Source: Candidatus Curtissbacteria bacterium RIFCSPHIGHO2_12_FULL_41_17 (lineage in GTDB: Bacteria; Patescibacteriota; Microgenomatia; Curtissbacterales; GWA2-41-24). Taken from it: a stretch of DNA of 64,000 nucleotides. The stretch spans positions 2,782-66,781 of the forward strand of contig MFBL01000043.1 in the NCBI GenBank assembly GCA_001774945.1. The letters are read 5' to 3'. Position 1 is the stretch's first letter. Every line of letters begins with the position of its first letter. The notes beneath the pieces were generated by a model. The model saw nothing but the letters and a program-made list of their open reading frames with translations, ran no database searches and was not told the origin of the DNA. The translations under genes and the position numbers were made by a program. Of this stretch, positions 50,334 through 59,086 are shown one piece after another.

Positions 50334-51377
50334 TTATAGCGAAAATTTAATATTATACTGAGAAATTAGTTTTTTGAATTCTTGGTAGTCGAAGTTACTT
50401 ATCGGAATTCCTGTTTTTATTCTAATCTTATATACTTCCTTTTCTGGGTCACCGGCGACCATAACTCTTTGATCGTTTGAGGCTACAGACTTCTTGCGAA
50501 GTGCATCGCAAAGGTCTCTTAGGCTCCTTTTAAAAATTTCCAACCTTATATAACGAGAAATATCTATAGCCATAAAGAAATGTCCGAGTCTACGTTTCTT
50601 ATTAGTGAGTGGGTACATTGGTACGATTTTTCTCCCGTAAGGCATTCCAGATAAAAGGGAGCATAAAATTTCAATAGCTAAAGCTAGTCCATACCCTTTA
50701 TACCCACCTATTGGATAGAGCCCAACTGCTTTCATGGGATCAGTAGTGATTTTTCCGTTTTTATCAACTGCCCAACCAAAATCGAGGGCCTTTTTTTTAG
50801 ACTTATAAACAAGAATTTTATTCCAGGAAATTTGACTGGTGGCCATGTCTAAGCACAAGGGTTCTTCACCTGTCATTGGAGCAGCAAAGGAAATCGGATT
50901 GGTTCCTAGATATGGTTTTCTTCCGCCGTATGGCACTACCAATGAATCAACATTGGTAAAAGCAAAACCGATCATGTTCTTCTTTGCTGCCAAAAGCGTA
51001 TAGATGGCAGCTGCCCCGAAATGTGACGAATTTCTGACGCTGACTGCTCCTAGCCCTGTTTTTTTAGCAAGCATAGTTGCTTTCATCATAGCTTCGATGC
51101 CAGCAGCAATTCCGAAGCCATCATCAGCATCAAAGATTCCACAAGAAGGGGCCGTTTTAGTAAAAATAAATTTTGGATTCTTTTTAATTCTTCCTCTCTG
51201 AGTAGCACGTATGTAATGGGGAATAAGTCTGATCCCATGTGAATCGACGCCCCTCAAAGACGTATCCACTAGGCCATTGACTACTAGAGTGCTAATTTTC
51301 CTAGAGACTCCCACTGTTTTAAATAATTCGTAACCAAAATTGCGAAGTTTAAGATGGGGAACTAATTTTTCTCGCAT
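50334..51377 (-). CDS. Ldh_2 family (malate/L-lactate/ureidoglycolate/sulfolactate-type) 2-hydroxyacid dehydrogenase
   Basis: RGVDSHG, NSSHFGA, GTNPISFA, LDMATS, GGYKGYGL. Confidence 0.92.
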   Translation of the reverse strand: MREKLVPHLKLRNFGYELFKTVGVSRKISTLVVNGLVDTSLRGVDSHGIRLIPHYIRATQRGRIKKNPKFIFTKTAPSCGIFDADDGFGIAAGIEAMMKATMLAKKTGLGAVSVRNSSHFGAAAIYTLLAAKKNMIGFAFTNVDSLVVPYGGRKPYLGTNPISFAAPMTGEEPLCLDMATSQISWNKILVYKSKKKALDFGWAVDKNGKITTDPMKAVGLYPIGGYKGYGLALAIEILCSLLSGMPYGRKIVPMYPLTNKKRRLGHFFMAIDISRYIRLEIFKRSLRDLCDALRKKSVASNDQRVMVAGDPEKEVYKIRIKTGIPISNFDYQEFKKLISQYNIKFSL

Positions 51378-53216
51378 CTATTCCTCATCGATTGGTTTAA
51401 TAATCATGTTCTTCAGAAACTCTTCACGGGGCAAAAATGGGTACATATCTTCCATAGGTTTGGAGATAACTTTCCCGTCGCTCCTGACGTATGAAGTCAC
51501 TTTTGGAATTAAAGGTTGTTTAGGGCCCATCATAATTTCGCAAATAAATGGACCTGGTTTGGAAAGTACATATTTTAATTGTCTTTTTAAGTTTTTATGG
51601 TTCTCGATTTTTATGGAAGGAATACCGTAGGCATAGGCAATTTTTTGCATGTCTGGGAAACTAATGCCACTTTTAGGATTTGCTCCGACATAATGTCCTT
51701 TAAAAAAGTTTTCTTGAGTAATGCGAATTGCTAAATAGCCGTCATTATTGAGTACGAAAATTTTGATAGGCAACCGATGATGAACAATAGTTTGTAATTC
51801 TTGAATGTTTAATTGAATACTGCCATCGCCCGCAAGACAAATAACTCTCTTTTTGCTATTGGCAATACAGGCTCCGATGGCAGCTGGTAAATCATAACCC
51901 ATCGAAGCACAGCCAACATTGCCTATAAGCCTTTGATTTTTCTTGAGTCTTATACATTGGTAGGTGCAGGTGAAGGCAGTGCCGTCTCCTACTACTATCA
52001 CTTCATCATCTTTCATCACGTCAGAGAGGATATCTATAAAGTAGTAAGAATTAACATATTTTTTTTGTTTTTTTTGCTCGGGCAAAACTGGCAGATATTT
52101 TTTTCTAATCCGCTTACAGTAATCATGCCATAGGTCCCATGAAGGCAATCCCTTGTTTTTAATTTGTCGACTAAGCTCTTTAATAAAGACTTTTGCATCA
52201 GCACAAATCGGTAAATCCGCATGAACCGTTTTTTTAACAAGTTCTGCTTTGTCAATGTCAATCATCACATGTTTGGCTTCCCTGGCAAAAGTTTTATAGG
52301 AAAAACTAACTACCCAAATTGAGAGTCTTGATCCAATGCTGATTAATAAATCACAATTCTGAACGACAAAATTGCCAACTCGTTCCCCAAAGATTCCCGG
52401 ACGGCCCAAGAATAACCGGTGGTCAGAAGGAATCAAATCATGGGCAGTAATGCCCGTTACTACTGGAATATTCAGTTTTTGAATTAATCGACCGAAATCG
52501 TCAACTGCTCCGGCAAGTCTGACGCCATTACCAGCCAGAATCAATGGTCTTTTTGACGCAAAAATTAACTTGACAGTTTGAGCAACCTTCTTTTTGACTT
52601 TACCTTGACTGTCAAGATCAAATTTAACCTCCCGTGGATTAAAGGGCTTTAACAAAGCAGGATTTACTCTTGCTGCTTGAATATCAAGGGGAATATCAAT
52701 CCAAACCGGACCTGGTCGACCGGACATTGCTAGATAAACTGCTTTTTCAAGATGACACCGAATCTCTTGAGGTTTGGTTACTGTCACTGCATATTTGGTT
52801 ACTGGCTTAACCATTGACACTATTGGTAGTTCTTGTATGCCAATCTGCCTGACCTTAGATTTACCTATCGTTGTTTCTAACTTAGGTTGCCCTGAAATAA
52901 ATAGTGTCGGGATTGAATCAAGCCATGAACCAATAAGACCGGTTAAGGTATTAGTGCCGCCTGGCCCGGCGGTAACGACACAAACACTCAATTTTCCGGA
53001 AAGTCTTGTATAGCTTTCGGCAGCCATCGCCGATGCTTGCTCATGGTGATTGCAAAAGTAGCGTATTTTTGAATTAGAACCAAAAGATTCATTAAGATGC
53101 ATGGCGTTGCCGCCAGTGATCATAAATACATCGCGAATGCCAAGGTCCACCAAATAAGAGACAAGATAATCAGAAAGTTTTATGAGATTATTTGATTTTT
53201 TGAGTTTTTCTGTCAT
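51378..53216 (-). CDS. ThDP-dependent acetolactate-synthase-like enzyme, probable YerE-type sugar branching enzyme
   Basis: HHEQASAMAA, TAGPGGTN, GRPGPVWIDIP, SMGYDLPAA, GDGS..LN.QEL...NN; start MTEKLKK at 53216; clustered with rfbF/rfbG/rfbH. Confidence 0.88.
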   Translation of the reverse strand: MTEKLKKSNNLIKLSDYLVSYLVDLGIRDVFMITGGNAMHLNESFGSNSKIRYFCNHHEQASAMAAESYTRLSGKLSVCVVTAGPGGTNTLTGLIGSWLDSIPTLFISGQPKLETTIGKSKVRQIGIQELPIVSMVKPVTKYAVTVTKPQEIRCHLEKAVYLAMSGRPGPVWIDIPLDIQAARVNPALLKPFNPREVKFDLDSQGKVKKKVAQTVKLIFASKRPLILAGNGVRLAGAVDDFGRLIQKLNIPVVTGITAHDLIPSDHRLFLGRPGIFGERVGNFVVQNCDLLISIGSRLSIWVVSFSYKTFAREAKHVMIDIDKAELVKKTVHADLPICADAKVFIKELSRQIKNKGLPSWDLWHDYCKRIRKKYLPVLPEQKKQKKYVNSYYFIDILSDVMKDDEVIVVGDGTAFTCTYQCIRLKKNQRLIGNVGCASMGYDLPAAIGACIANSKKRVICLAGDGSIQLNIQELQTIVHHRLPIKIFVLNNDGYLAIRITQENFFKGHYVGANPKSGISFPDMQKIAYAYGIPSIKIENHKNLKRQLKYVLSKPGPFICEIMMGPKQPLIPKVTSYVRSDGKVISKPMEDMYPFLPREEFLKNMIIKPIDEE

Positions 53217-53973
53217 GATGCGAAATTGTGAGGTATATGATATCATCACGTGCCAAAATTTTCGGCCGGCTTTGTATCTCCGAAAGCAAAGCAATTTCCC
53301 CACAGCTAAGAAGAATTTCTCCTCGATCATCAACTAATCCTCCTTTTAATATGCCCACTAAGTGAGCTGATTCTGTTTTCAACTGTTGATCAATATCCAA
53401 TCCTCTTTCAAAAGAAATTAAAGTTAAATTGCAATCACCAATAAGTTTTCTATCTTTTTTCTTTAAAGGTTCTTTATGAAAATGAACATATCGATATTGC
53501 TTTGTTTTATTAGTCATCTTACTTTGTCCTTCATACTCTTGATTTTCTCGGCCATATTCGTCTTTTAATCTAATTAAGTCTTTCTTATTCGGGGGTGATT
53601 CAATTTCCATAATAAACGCCCCCCCCCTGGAGATAGTTTTAGTCCTGTGAAAGACGGCTTCCTCTATACTTATTCCTTCACACTTACCAAATTCAAACCA
53701 GCCTTCAAGTGTTGATACAAGAACCCTTCCAGAAAGCACCATCAGCGAAGTTTTTTTATTGGGATGGCAATGCATTGAGGTTGCGTGATTATATTTCAAA
53801 AAGAGAACCCATACTGCCACTTCCGGATTTTCATACATTAAATATTCATATCCCCAAGGCTTATTAACAATTATTCCTCTATAATTAAAAGCGTCTTTAC
53901 TATGAGGAACTGCAGTCCTAAGACGAGATAAGTTTTCGATATCCGATTTGGATCTAAATATCCGCTTAATCAT
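53188..53973 (-). CDS. cupin-domain protein (mannose-6-phosphate isomerase-like)
   Basis: KPWGYE, SMHCHP.K, FHR, EIESP..K.DLIRL.D.YGR. Confidence 0.75.
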   Translation of the reverse strand: MIKRIFRSKSDIENLSRLRTAVPHSKDAFNYRGIIVNKPWGYEYLMYENPEVAVWVLFLKYNHATSMHCHPNKKTSLMVLSGRVLVSTLEGWFEFGKCEGISIEEAVFHRTKTISRGGAFIMEIESPPNKKDLIRLKDEYGRENQEYEGQSKMTNKTKQYRYVHFHKEPLKKKDRKLIGDCNLTLISFERGLDIDQQLKTESAHLVGILKGGLVDDRGEILLSCGEIALLSEIQSRPKILARDDIIYLTISHHDRKTQKIK

Positions 53974-54495
53974 TTAGGATATTTTACTTATCAGGCTGAC
54001 GGTAGTTTTCATCCAACTAGCAAGATTGTGTGGATGATCCGAAGTGATAATGTTTCCGTCAACGACTACAGCCTCTTGGTGGTAGATGGCTCCAGCGTTG
54101 ATAAGGTCATCTTTCATGCCGATGTAACAAGTCGCATTCTTTCCTTTTAAAATTCCTGCCGAGATTAAAACCCATGGGCCATGACAAGTACTTGAAACAA
54201 TCTTTCCAGTTTTATTCATCTTGCGCACAAATTGCAAAATTTTTTTTACTTGTCTGACCCTATCTGGAGCTTCATGCCCACCCGGGATAATCACTGCGTC
54301 GTACTTTTTAACAGATAGATCATTTATAAGTACTGTAGGTTTTATAGGGTAGCCATGTTTGCCTTTGATCTCACTATCGCTACTGGTGGCTATGTCAGTT
54401 TTTATTTTGGATTCTTGGAGTCTAAAATAAGGGTAGATTACTTCCGGGTCTTCAAAGCCCGGTCCGGTAATAATTACTGCCTTTTTTATTTTCAT
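53974..54495 (-). CDS. DJ-1/PfpI family protein (glyoxalase III/deglycase-like)
   Basis: GFEDPE, IIPGG, STCHGPW nucleophile elbow, VVVDGNIITS; start MKIKK at 54495. Confidence 0.9.
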   Translation of the reverse strand: MKIKKAVIITGPGFEDPEVIYPYFRLQESKIKTDIATSSDSEIKGKHGYPIKPTVLINDLSVKKYDAVIIPGGHEAPDRVRQVKKILQFVRKMNKTGKIVSSTCHGPWVLISAGILKGKNATCYIGMKDDLINAGAIYHQEAVVVDGNIITSDHPHNLASWMKTTVSLISKIS

Positions 54496-55283
54496 TCTTG
54501 CAACCAATGAGACTTATTTTTATCTACTAGGTCGGCTAAAAACAGGTAATCACGATCTGTATCGAGCCATCGCCAAAATCCATGATGTGGGTAAATTGCT
54601 AGCTGGCTATCTTTGATCAAATTTTCAAAGACTTCTGTTTCAAGCATGCATTCATTAAATGGTGAAAGATAGGAAAAGACTTGACTTTTAAAAACCATGA
54701 AACCGCCATTAATGTAACGCTCAATCAAGTGAGACTTAACATTGGCCGCATTATAAAAACCAATTGCCAAATTTTTCTTTACCAAAAGTTCTCCTATCCG
54801 GAAAGGAGGAACCACCCCACTGATTGTGGCGATTTTTTTATTTTTTTTATGAAATTTCAGAAGTTTTTCTAAATTGACATCCGCTAAACAGTCAGCATAA
54901 GTCACCATAAAATCTGATTCCTTGTCCAGGTATTTCTTACATCTGGCAATACGCGAACCAGTCAAAGCTGCTTCCCCAGTATCTACAAGTGTTATTTTCC
55001 ATTCAGATTCGCCATGCCTACTTAATTGTTCAAAGTCATCGCCTTTGGAAAGCTCGATGCGTACATCACCAGTATACAGATCATAATTGGCAAAAAAATC
55101 TCTAATCATTTCTCCCTTGTAGCCAAGCGCCAAAATAAATTCATTAAAGCCAAACAGTGAATATCGCTTCATTACATGCCAAACAATAGGCCTATGTCCA
55201 AGCTTGACCATCGCTTTTGGGATGTAGTCAGATTGTTGAGCAAGTCTAATGCCTCTTCCGCCGCACAGAATTACTACTTTCAT
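54492..55283 (-). CDS. sugar-1-phosphate cytidylyltransferase (RfbF/DdhA-like), divergent copy
   Basis: ILCGGRGIRL, PKAMV, LGYKG, VDTG, TGSRI, TYAD, INGGF, GFWRWLDT. Confidence 0.85.
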   Translation of the reverse strand: MKVVILCGGRGIRLAQQSDYIPKAMVKLGHRPIVWHVMKRYSLFGFNEFILALGYKGEMIRDFFANYDLYTGDVRIELSKGDDFEQLSRHGESEWKITLVDTGEAALTGSRIARCKKYLDKESDFMVTYADCLADVNLEKLLKFHKKNKKIATISGVVPPFRIGELLVKKNLAIGFYNAANVKSHLIERYINGGFMVFKSQVFSYLSPFNECMLETEVFENLIKDSQLAIYPHHGFWRWLDTDRDYLFLADLVDKNKSHWLQE

Positions 55284-55294
55284 GATTGGATGTC

Positions 55295-55304
55295 ATTATA
55301 TAAT
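55295..55304. promoter_or_regulatory. palindromic overlapping -10 boxes (ATTATATAAT), candidate bidirectional promoter
   Basis: Reads TATAAT on both strands in the gap between divergent genes. Confidence 0.5.
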
Positions 55305-55359
55305 AATTTATGTCTTCATCAAAAAATAGATGAGACCATATCAGTAGGAATGTTAAAAG

Positions 55360-55770
55360 ATGAATTCGGTGTTGTTTAAATCTACTCAAGGAGAAAACTT
55401 TAGACTTAGTAGCAAATTTATATTTGTTGGTATTTTAAATACTATCGTTGGCTATGGACTTTTCGCCCTGCTTATTGATCTTAATATTTTCTATCTTTTA
55501 TCTCTAACCATTTCCCATATCGCTGGTACAATTCATAGTTATCTTTGGAATCGACTTTTCACCTTTAAGTCAAAAAGCAGCATAGTAAAGGAGATAACCA
55601 AATTTGTCACTGTTTATACTTTTATTTATCTTACTAATTTTGTTTTACTATACGTTGCCGTGGATTTATTGCAGCTTAATACTTTGATTGCTCAACTGTT
55701 TATTTTGGGGGTAGTAACAGTGATCTCATTTTTAAGCCAAAGATACTGGACTTTTAGAAGATATTATTAG
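55360..55770 (+). CDS. GtrA family polyprenol-phosphate-sugar flippase
   Basis: KFIFVGILNT, SYLWNRLFTF, four TMs, C-terminal RYWTF. Confidence 0.9.
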   Translation: MNSVLFKSTQGENFRLSSKFIFVGILNTIVGYGLFALLIDLNIFYLLSLTISHIAGTIHSYLWNRLFTFKSKSSIVKEITKFVTVYTFIYLTNFVLLYVAVDLLQLNTLIAQLFILGVVTVISFLSQRYWTFRRYY

Positions 55771-56735
55771 CTAGAACTTTTAACTTCTTGAAAATACTCC
55801 TTGTACCATTCGTAAATATCTTTGATCGTTTTATCGATGTTACTTGCCGGCTTCCAGGCAAGCATTTTTCTTATTTTATTAAAATTAATTGATTGCTGGG
55901 GTATTTCATTAATTGCGCTTTTGGTAATCCGGTACTTTATTTTTCTACCCAATTTTTTTTCAATCTTGCCCAAAAGTGCAAGGACCGAAAGATTTTCGCG
56001 TGATGATACATTGAAAACTTCGCCCTTTATTTTTTGGATATTTTTGGAGCAGACAATCAAAGCCTCAACAATATCTTTAACATAAACGTAATCTCTTATG
56101 TATTTGCCATCGCTTCTGACATCTAAGACATCTCTTTTGACAATTGCCTTGAGCGCTCCAGGGATAATCCGGCTAAAATTGATGTCACCTTCGCCATAGA
56201 CATTTCCGAACCTTACCACAACGGTAGGCAAATTATACGTCTTAAAATACGTAGTGGTTATAAGATCACAGGCGGCTTTTGACGTTTCGTAAGGATGATC
56301 TCCCGAAAGTGGATCCTTTTCAGATGCTTTAGGAATTTTCCCATAGGCTTTATCAGATGAAACAACAATTATTCCTTGAACTTTTCCATATAATCTTGCA
56401 GCCTCCAGAACATTAGCAGTGCCTATGATATTAGTTTCAAAAGTTTCCAGTGGGTTATAATAAGCGGTTGGTACTATCGATTGGGCAGCCAGATGGAAAA
56501 TGAAATCAATTTCGTATTTAGTGACAATGTCCAGTGTCCTTTTGAAATTTTTCAGATCTTTCTGGACTAAAATTACATATCTTGCAAGTCTTTGGCGCAA
56601 AAAATAAGACTTTGGATTTAGACTTTGGTAGGGGACAATAACATTTGCCTTGTCGTTAATTAACCTTTTAACTAGATGACTTCCTATAAATCCCGTTCCT
56701 CCAGTAACTAAAACATTTTTTCCCGTTAATCCCAT
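55767..56735 (-). CDS. CDP-glucose 4,6-dehydratase-like SDR (RfbG/DdhB-like)
   Basis: VTGGTGFIG, HLAAQSIV, SSDKAYG, PYETSK, RFGNVYGEGD; follows rfbF. Confidence 0.85.
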   Translation of the reverse strand: MGLTGKNVLVTGGTGFIGSHLVKRLINDKANVIVPYQSLNPKSYFLRQRLARYVILVQKDLKNFKRTLDIVTKYEIDFIFHLAAQSIVPTAYYNPLETFETNIIGTANVLEAARLYGKVQGIIVVSSDKAYGKIPKASEKDPLSGDHPYETSKAACDLITTTYFKTYNLPTVVVRFGNVYGEGDINFSRIIPGALKAIVKRDVLDVRSDGKYIRDYVYVKDIVEALIVCSKNIQKIKGEVFNVSSRENLSVLALLGKIEKKLGRKIKYRITKSAINEIPQQSINFNKIRKMLAWKPASNIDKTIKDIYEWYKEYFQEVKSSS

Positions 56736-57505
56736 ATTTTCCAGGCAGGGTTTTCCTTCCAGAAGTTATTTAAGTCTTGGACATCTTGATAGGTATCCAT
56801 TGAATGAAAAAATTCCTTATGGTAGTAAACCGTCAGTTGTCTTTTTTCTATTAATTTGTAGAAAACATCTTCTATCATCGAATCCGGTTCAATATAATTA
56901 AAGATGCTTTTTTTAAATACCATAAATCCAACATTAATTAAATTCTTAATTTTTGCACGCTTTTCAAATTTTTTAGCCATTCCGTTTTTGTCAATTTCTA
57001 AACCGCCAAATTTTAAAATTGGGTGAGCTACTGTTACAGTGCCGATAGCCTTTTTGTTTTTGTGGTAACTTAGAAGATTGGCAATATTAATATCAGCAAC
57101 TCCATCACCATAAGTAACCATGAAATCATTGTCATTGATGTATTTTTTTAACCTTCTTACCCGTTCTCCAGTCAGCGATTCTTGCCCGGTATCAACGAAA
57201 GTAATTCTAAAATCATCTTTTTTTTCACCTTTATGATGTTTAATGCTGTGTTTATCCGTCACGAGCGTAAAATCTCCGTCATAATATTTTTTGTTAACAA
57301 AATAGTCTTTAATTAGATTTCCTTTATATCCGAGAGCAATAATAAAGTCACGGAATCCGAAGTGGGCGTAAATTTTCATGATATGCCAAAGGATAGGTTT
57401 ACCTCCAACTTCCACCATCGGTTTAGGTTTAAATTCTGTTTCTTCTTTAAGACGATAGCCAATGCCCCCGCAAAGTATTACGACTTTTATTCTACTGGCT
57501 CTCAT
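56726..57505 (-). CDS. rfbF: glucose-1-phosphate cytidylyltransferase
   Basis: LCGGIGYRLKEETEFKPKPMV, VDTG, TYGDGVAD, MDT. Confidence 0.88.
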   Translation of the reverse strand: MRASRIKVVILCGGIGYRLKEETEFKPKPMVEVGGKPILWHIMKIYAHFGFRDFIIALGYKGNLIKDYFVNKKYYDGDFTLVTDKHSIKHHKGEKKDDFRITFVDTGQESLTGERVRRLKKYINDNDFMVTYGDGVADINIANLLSYHKNKKAIGTVTVAHPILKFGGLEIDKNGMAKKFEKRAKIKNLINVGFMVFKKSIFNYIEPDSMIEDVFYKLIEKRQLTVYYHKEFFHSMDTYQDVQDLNNFWKENPAWKIWD

Positions 57506-58274
57506 TTTTTGAACCCTTTACGTCATCTAAATAATGACTAATAACCGTTTTTGTTTCTCCTTGCATTTTTATCTTGCCACCATCCAGATAAATTGCTTTG
57601 GAACAGATAAGTTTTACCGCATCCATGTTGTGGGAAACAAACACAATTGTTTTCCCGCTTTTTACAAATCTTTTCATTTTATCGAGGCATTTCTTTTGGA
57701 AATTTTGATCACCGACTGCTAGAACTTCATCTATTAAAAGTATTTCCGGATCCATGAAAGACACAACCGAAAAGCCAATTCTAGCATACATGCCAGAAGA
57801 ATAACGTTTTATAGGAGTGTCGATAAATTTCTCGATGCCGGAAAATTTTACGATGTCGGCATATTTTCCTTTAATCTCTTGTTTTTTCATTCCTAAAATT
57901 GCTCCATAAAGAAAAATATTCTCTTTGCCGCTTAACTCGGGGTGAAGACCGGCCCCAAGCTCAATAAAAGCCCCGACTTTTCCATTTACTGTTATCTGGC
58001 CGCTTTTGGGATAGGTAATTTTAGAAATAAGTTTCAGAATGGTGCTTTTTCCGGACCCGTTTCTGCCGATTATCCCCAGACACTCTCCCTCATGTACAGT
58101 AAAGCTTAGATCATTTATTGCCAATAGAGTTTCTCTCTGAAGGGTTTTGTGTCTATTTTTGCCAATTAATTTTCCTAAAAAAATCCCAAAATCATCCGAA
58201 AAGCGTCCATATTTCATTCTTGAGATTAAATAACTTTTTGTAACATTTTGAAACTTTATGGCTATGTTGTCCAT
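57492..58274 (-). CDS. wzt: polysaccharide ABC transporter ATPase, without a C-terminal carbohydrate-binding domain
   Basis: GRNGSGKST, GAGLHPELSG.EN, YSSGM, DEVLAVGD, VSH. Confidence 0.93.
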   Translation of the reverse strand: MDNIAIKFQNVTKSYLISRMKYGRFSDDFGIFLGKLIGKNRHKTLQRETLLAINDLSFTVHEGECLGIIGRNGSGKSTILKLISKITYPKSGQITVNGKVGAFIELGAGLHPELSGKENIFLYGAILGMKKQEIKGKYADIVKFSGIEKFIDTPIKRYSSGMYARIGFSVVSFMDPEILLIDEVLAVGDQNFQKKCLDKMKRFVKSGKTIVFVSHNMDAVKLICSKAIYLDGGKIKMQGETKTVISHYLDDVKGSKNESQ

Positions 58275-58300
58275 TTATTCGAAAAGTAAATTTTTCTTTT

Positions 58301-59083
58301 TTAAATAACGTCGGCAAAAACTTTTTCCTTAATCTTAAAAAATTTGTATCCAAAGATAAAAAGTATTAAAGATATTCCAAGCGCTATTGCAAAATCATTC
58401 CAATTTGGAGCCAAGCCTCCAACCGTTACTTTCCTGAAATTTTCTACTACCGAAGACATTGGATTTAACATATAAAATGGCCTAAATTTTTCGGGTACTT
58501 TAGAAAGAGGGTAAATCACCGGCGTAACAAAGATCCACAGTTGTATCAAAAGAGGAATTACAAATTTAATATCTCGCCACATTACATTAAGTGCAGAGGT
58601 AAATAGAATTAGCCCAGCGATAAAGATTGTTTCCAAAAATACAATGGGAATTGTGTAAACTACATTTATAGTGAGTGGGACATTGTAAATAACAAGCATC
58701 ACTATAAAAATTAATGCACTAATTAAAAAATCCATAAAACCTGCAATTATAGATGCAAACGGAAGAATTTCTCTTGGGAAATAAATTTTAGTCACCAAAT
58801 TCCCGTTATTTATAACTGCCAAAGACCCGAAAGAAAGACTAGTGGCAAAAAAGGTCCATGGCATTAAAGCACTGTAATAAAAAAGAGGGTAAGGGACCCC
58901 TTCGGAATTAATTTTTAAGAAGAAGCCGAATATCAAGGTGAACATTATCATTAGAGAAAGAGGCTGAATCACTGCCCATGAAGCCCCAAGAAGTGTTTGC
59001 TTGTACCTCACCTTTATCTCTCTATTCGTAAAAGCAAAGAGCAGTTCTCGAAACTTTATCAATTCTTTTAAATGGATAAACAT
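58301..59083 (-). CDS. wzm: polysaccharide ABC transporter permease
   Basis: REIKVRYKQTLLG..WA..QP, KIYFPRE, RD, TPVIYP, LNP, FADVI. Confidence 0.93.
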   Translation of the reverse strand: MFIHLKELIKFRELLFAFTNREIKVRYKQTLLGASWAVIQPLSLMIMFTLIFGFFLKINSEGVPYPLFYYSALMPWTFFATSLSFGSLAVINNGNLVTKIYFPREILPFASIIAGFMDFLISALIFIVMLVIYNVPLTINVVYTIPIVFLETIFIAGLILFTSALNVMWRDIKFVIPLLIQLWIFVTPVIYPLSKVPEKFRPFYMLNPMSSVVENFRKVTVGGLAPNWNDFAIALGISLILFIFGYKFFKIKEKVFADVI

Positions 59084-59086
59084 TTT

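Noticed and set aside
51378-53216. Acetolactate synthase of branched-chain amino-acid synthesis (ilvB)
   Set aside because: No ilvN/ilvC/ilvD nearby; embedded among CDP-dideoxy-sugar genes, as YerE is.
28018-54507. Long N-terminal extensions in the ORF track for several minus-strand genes (starts 28566, 29750, 31722, 33148, 37810, 53333, 54507)
   Set aside because: They overlap upstream genes and precede the family-typical N-termini; downstream starts were used.
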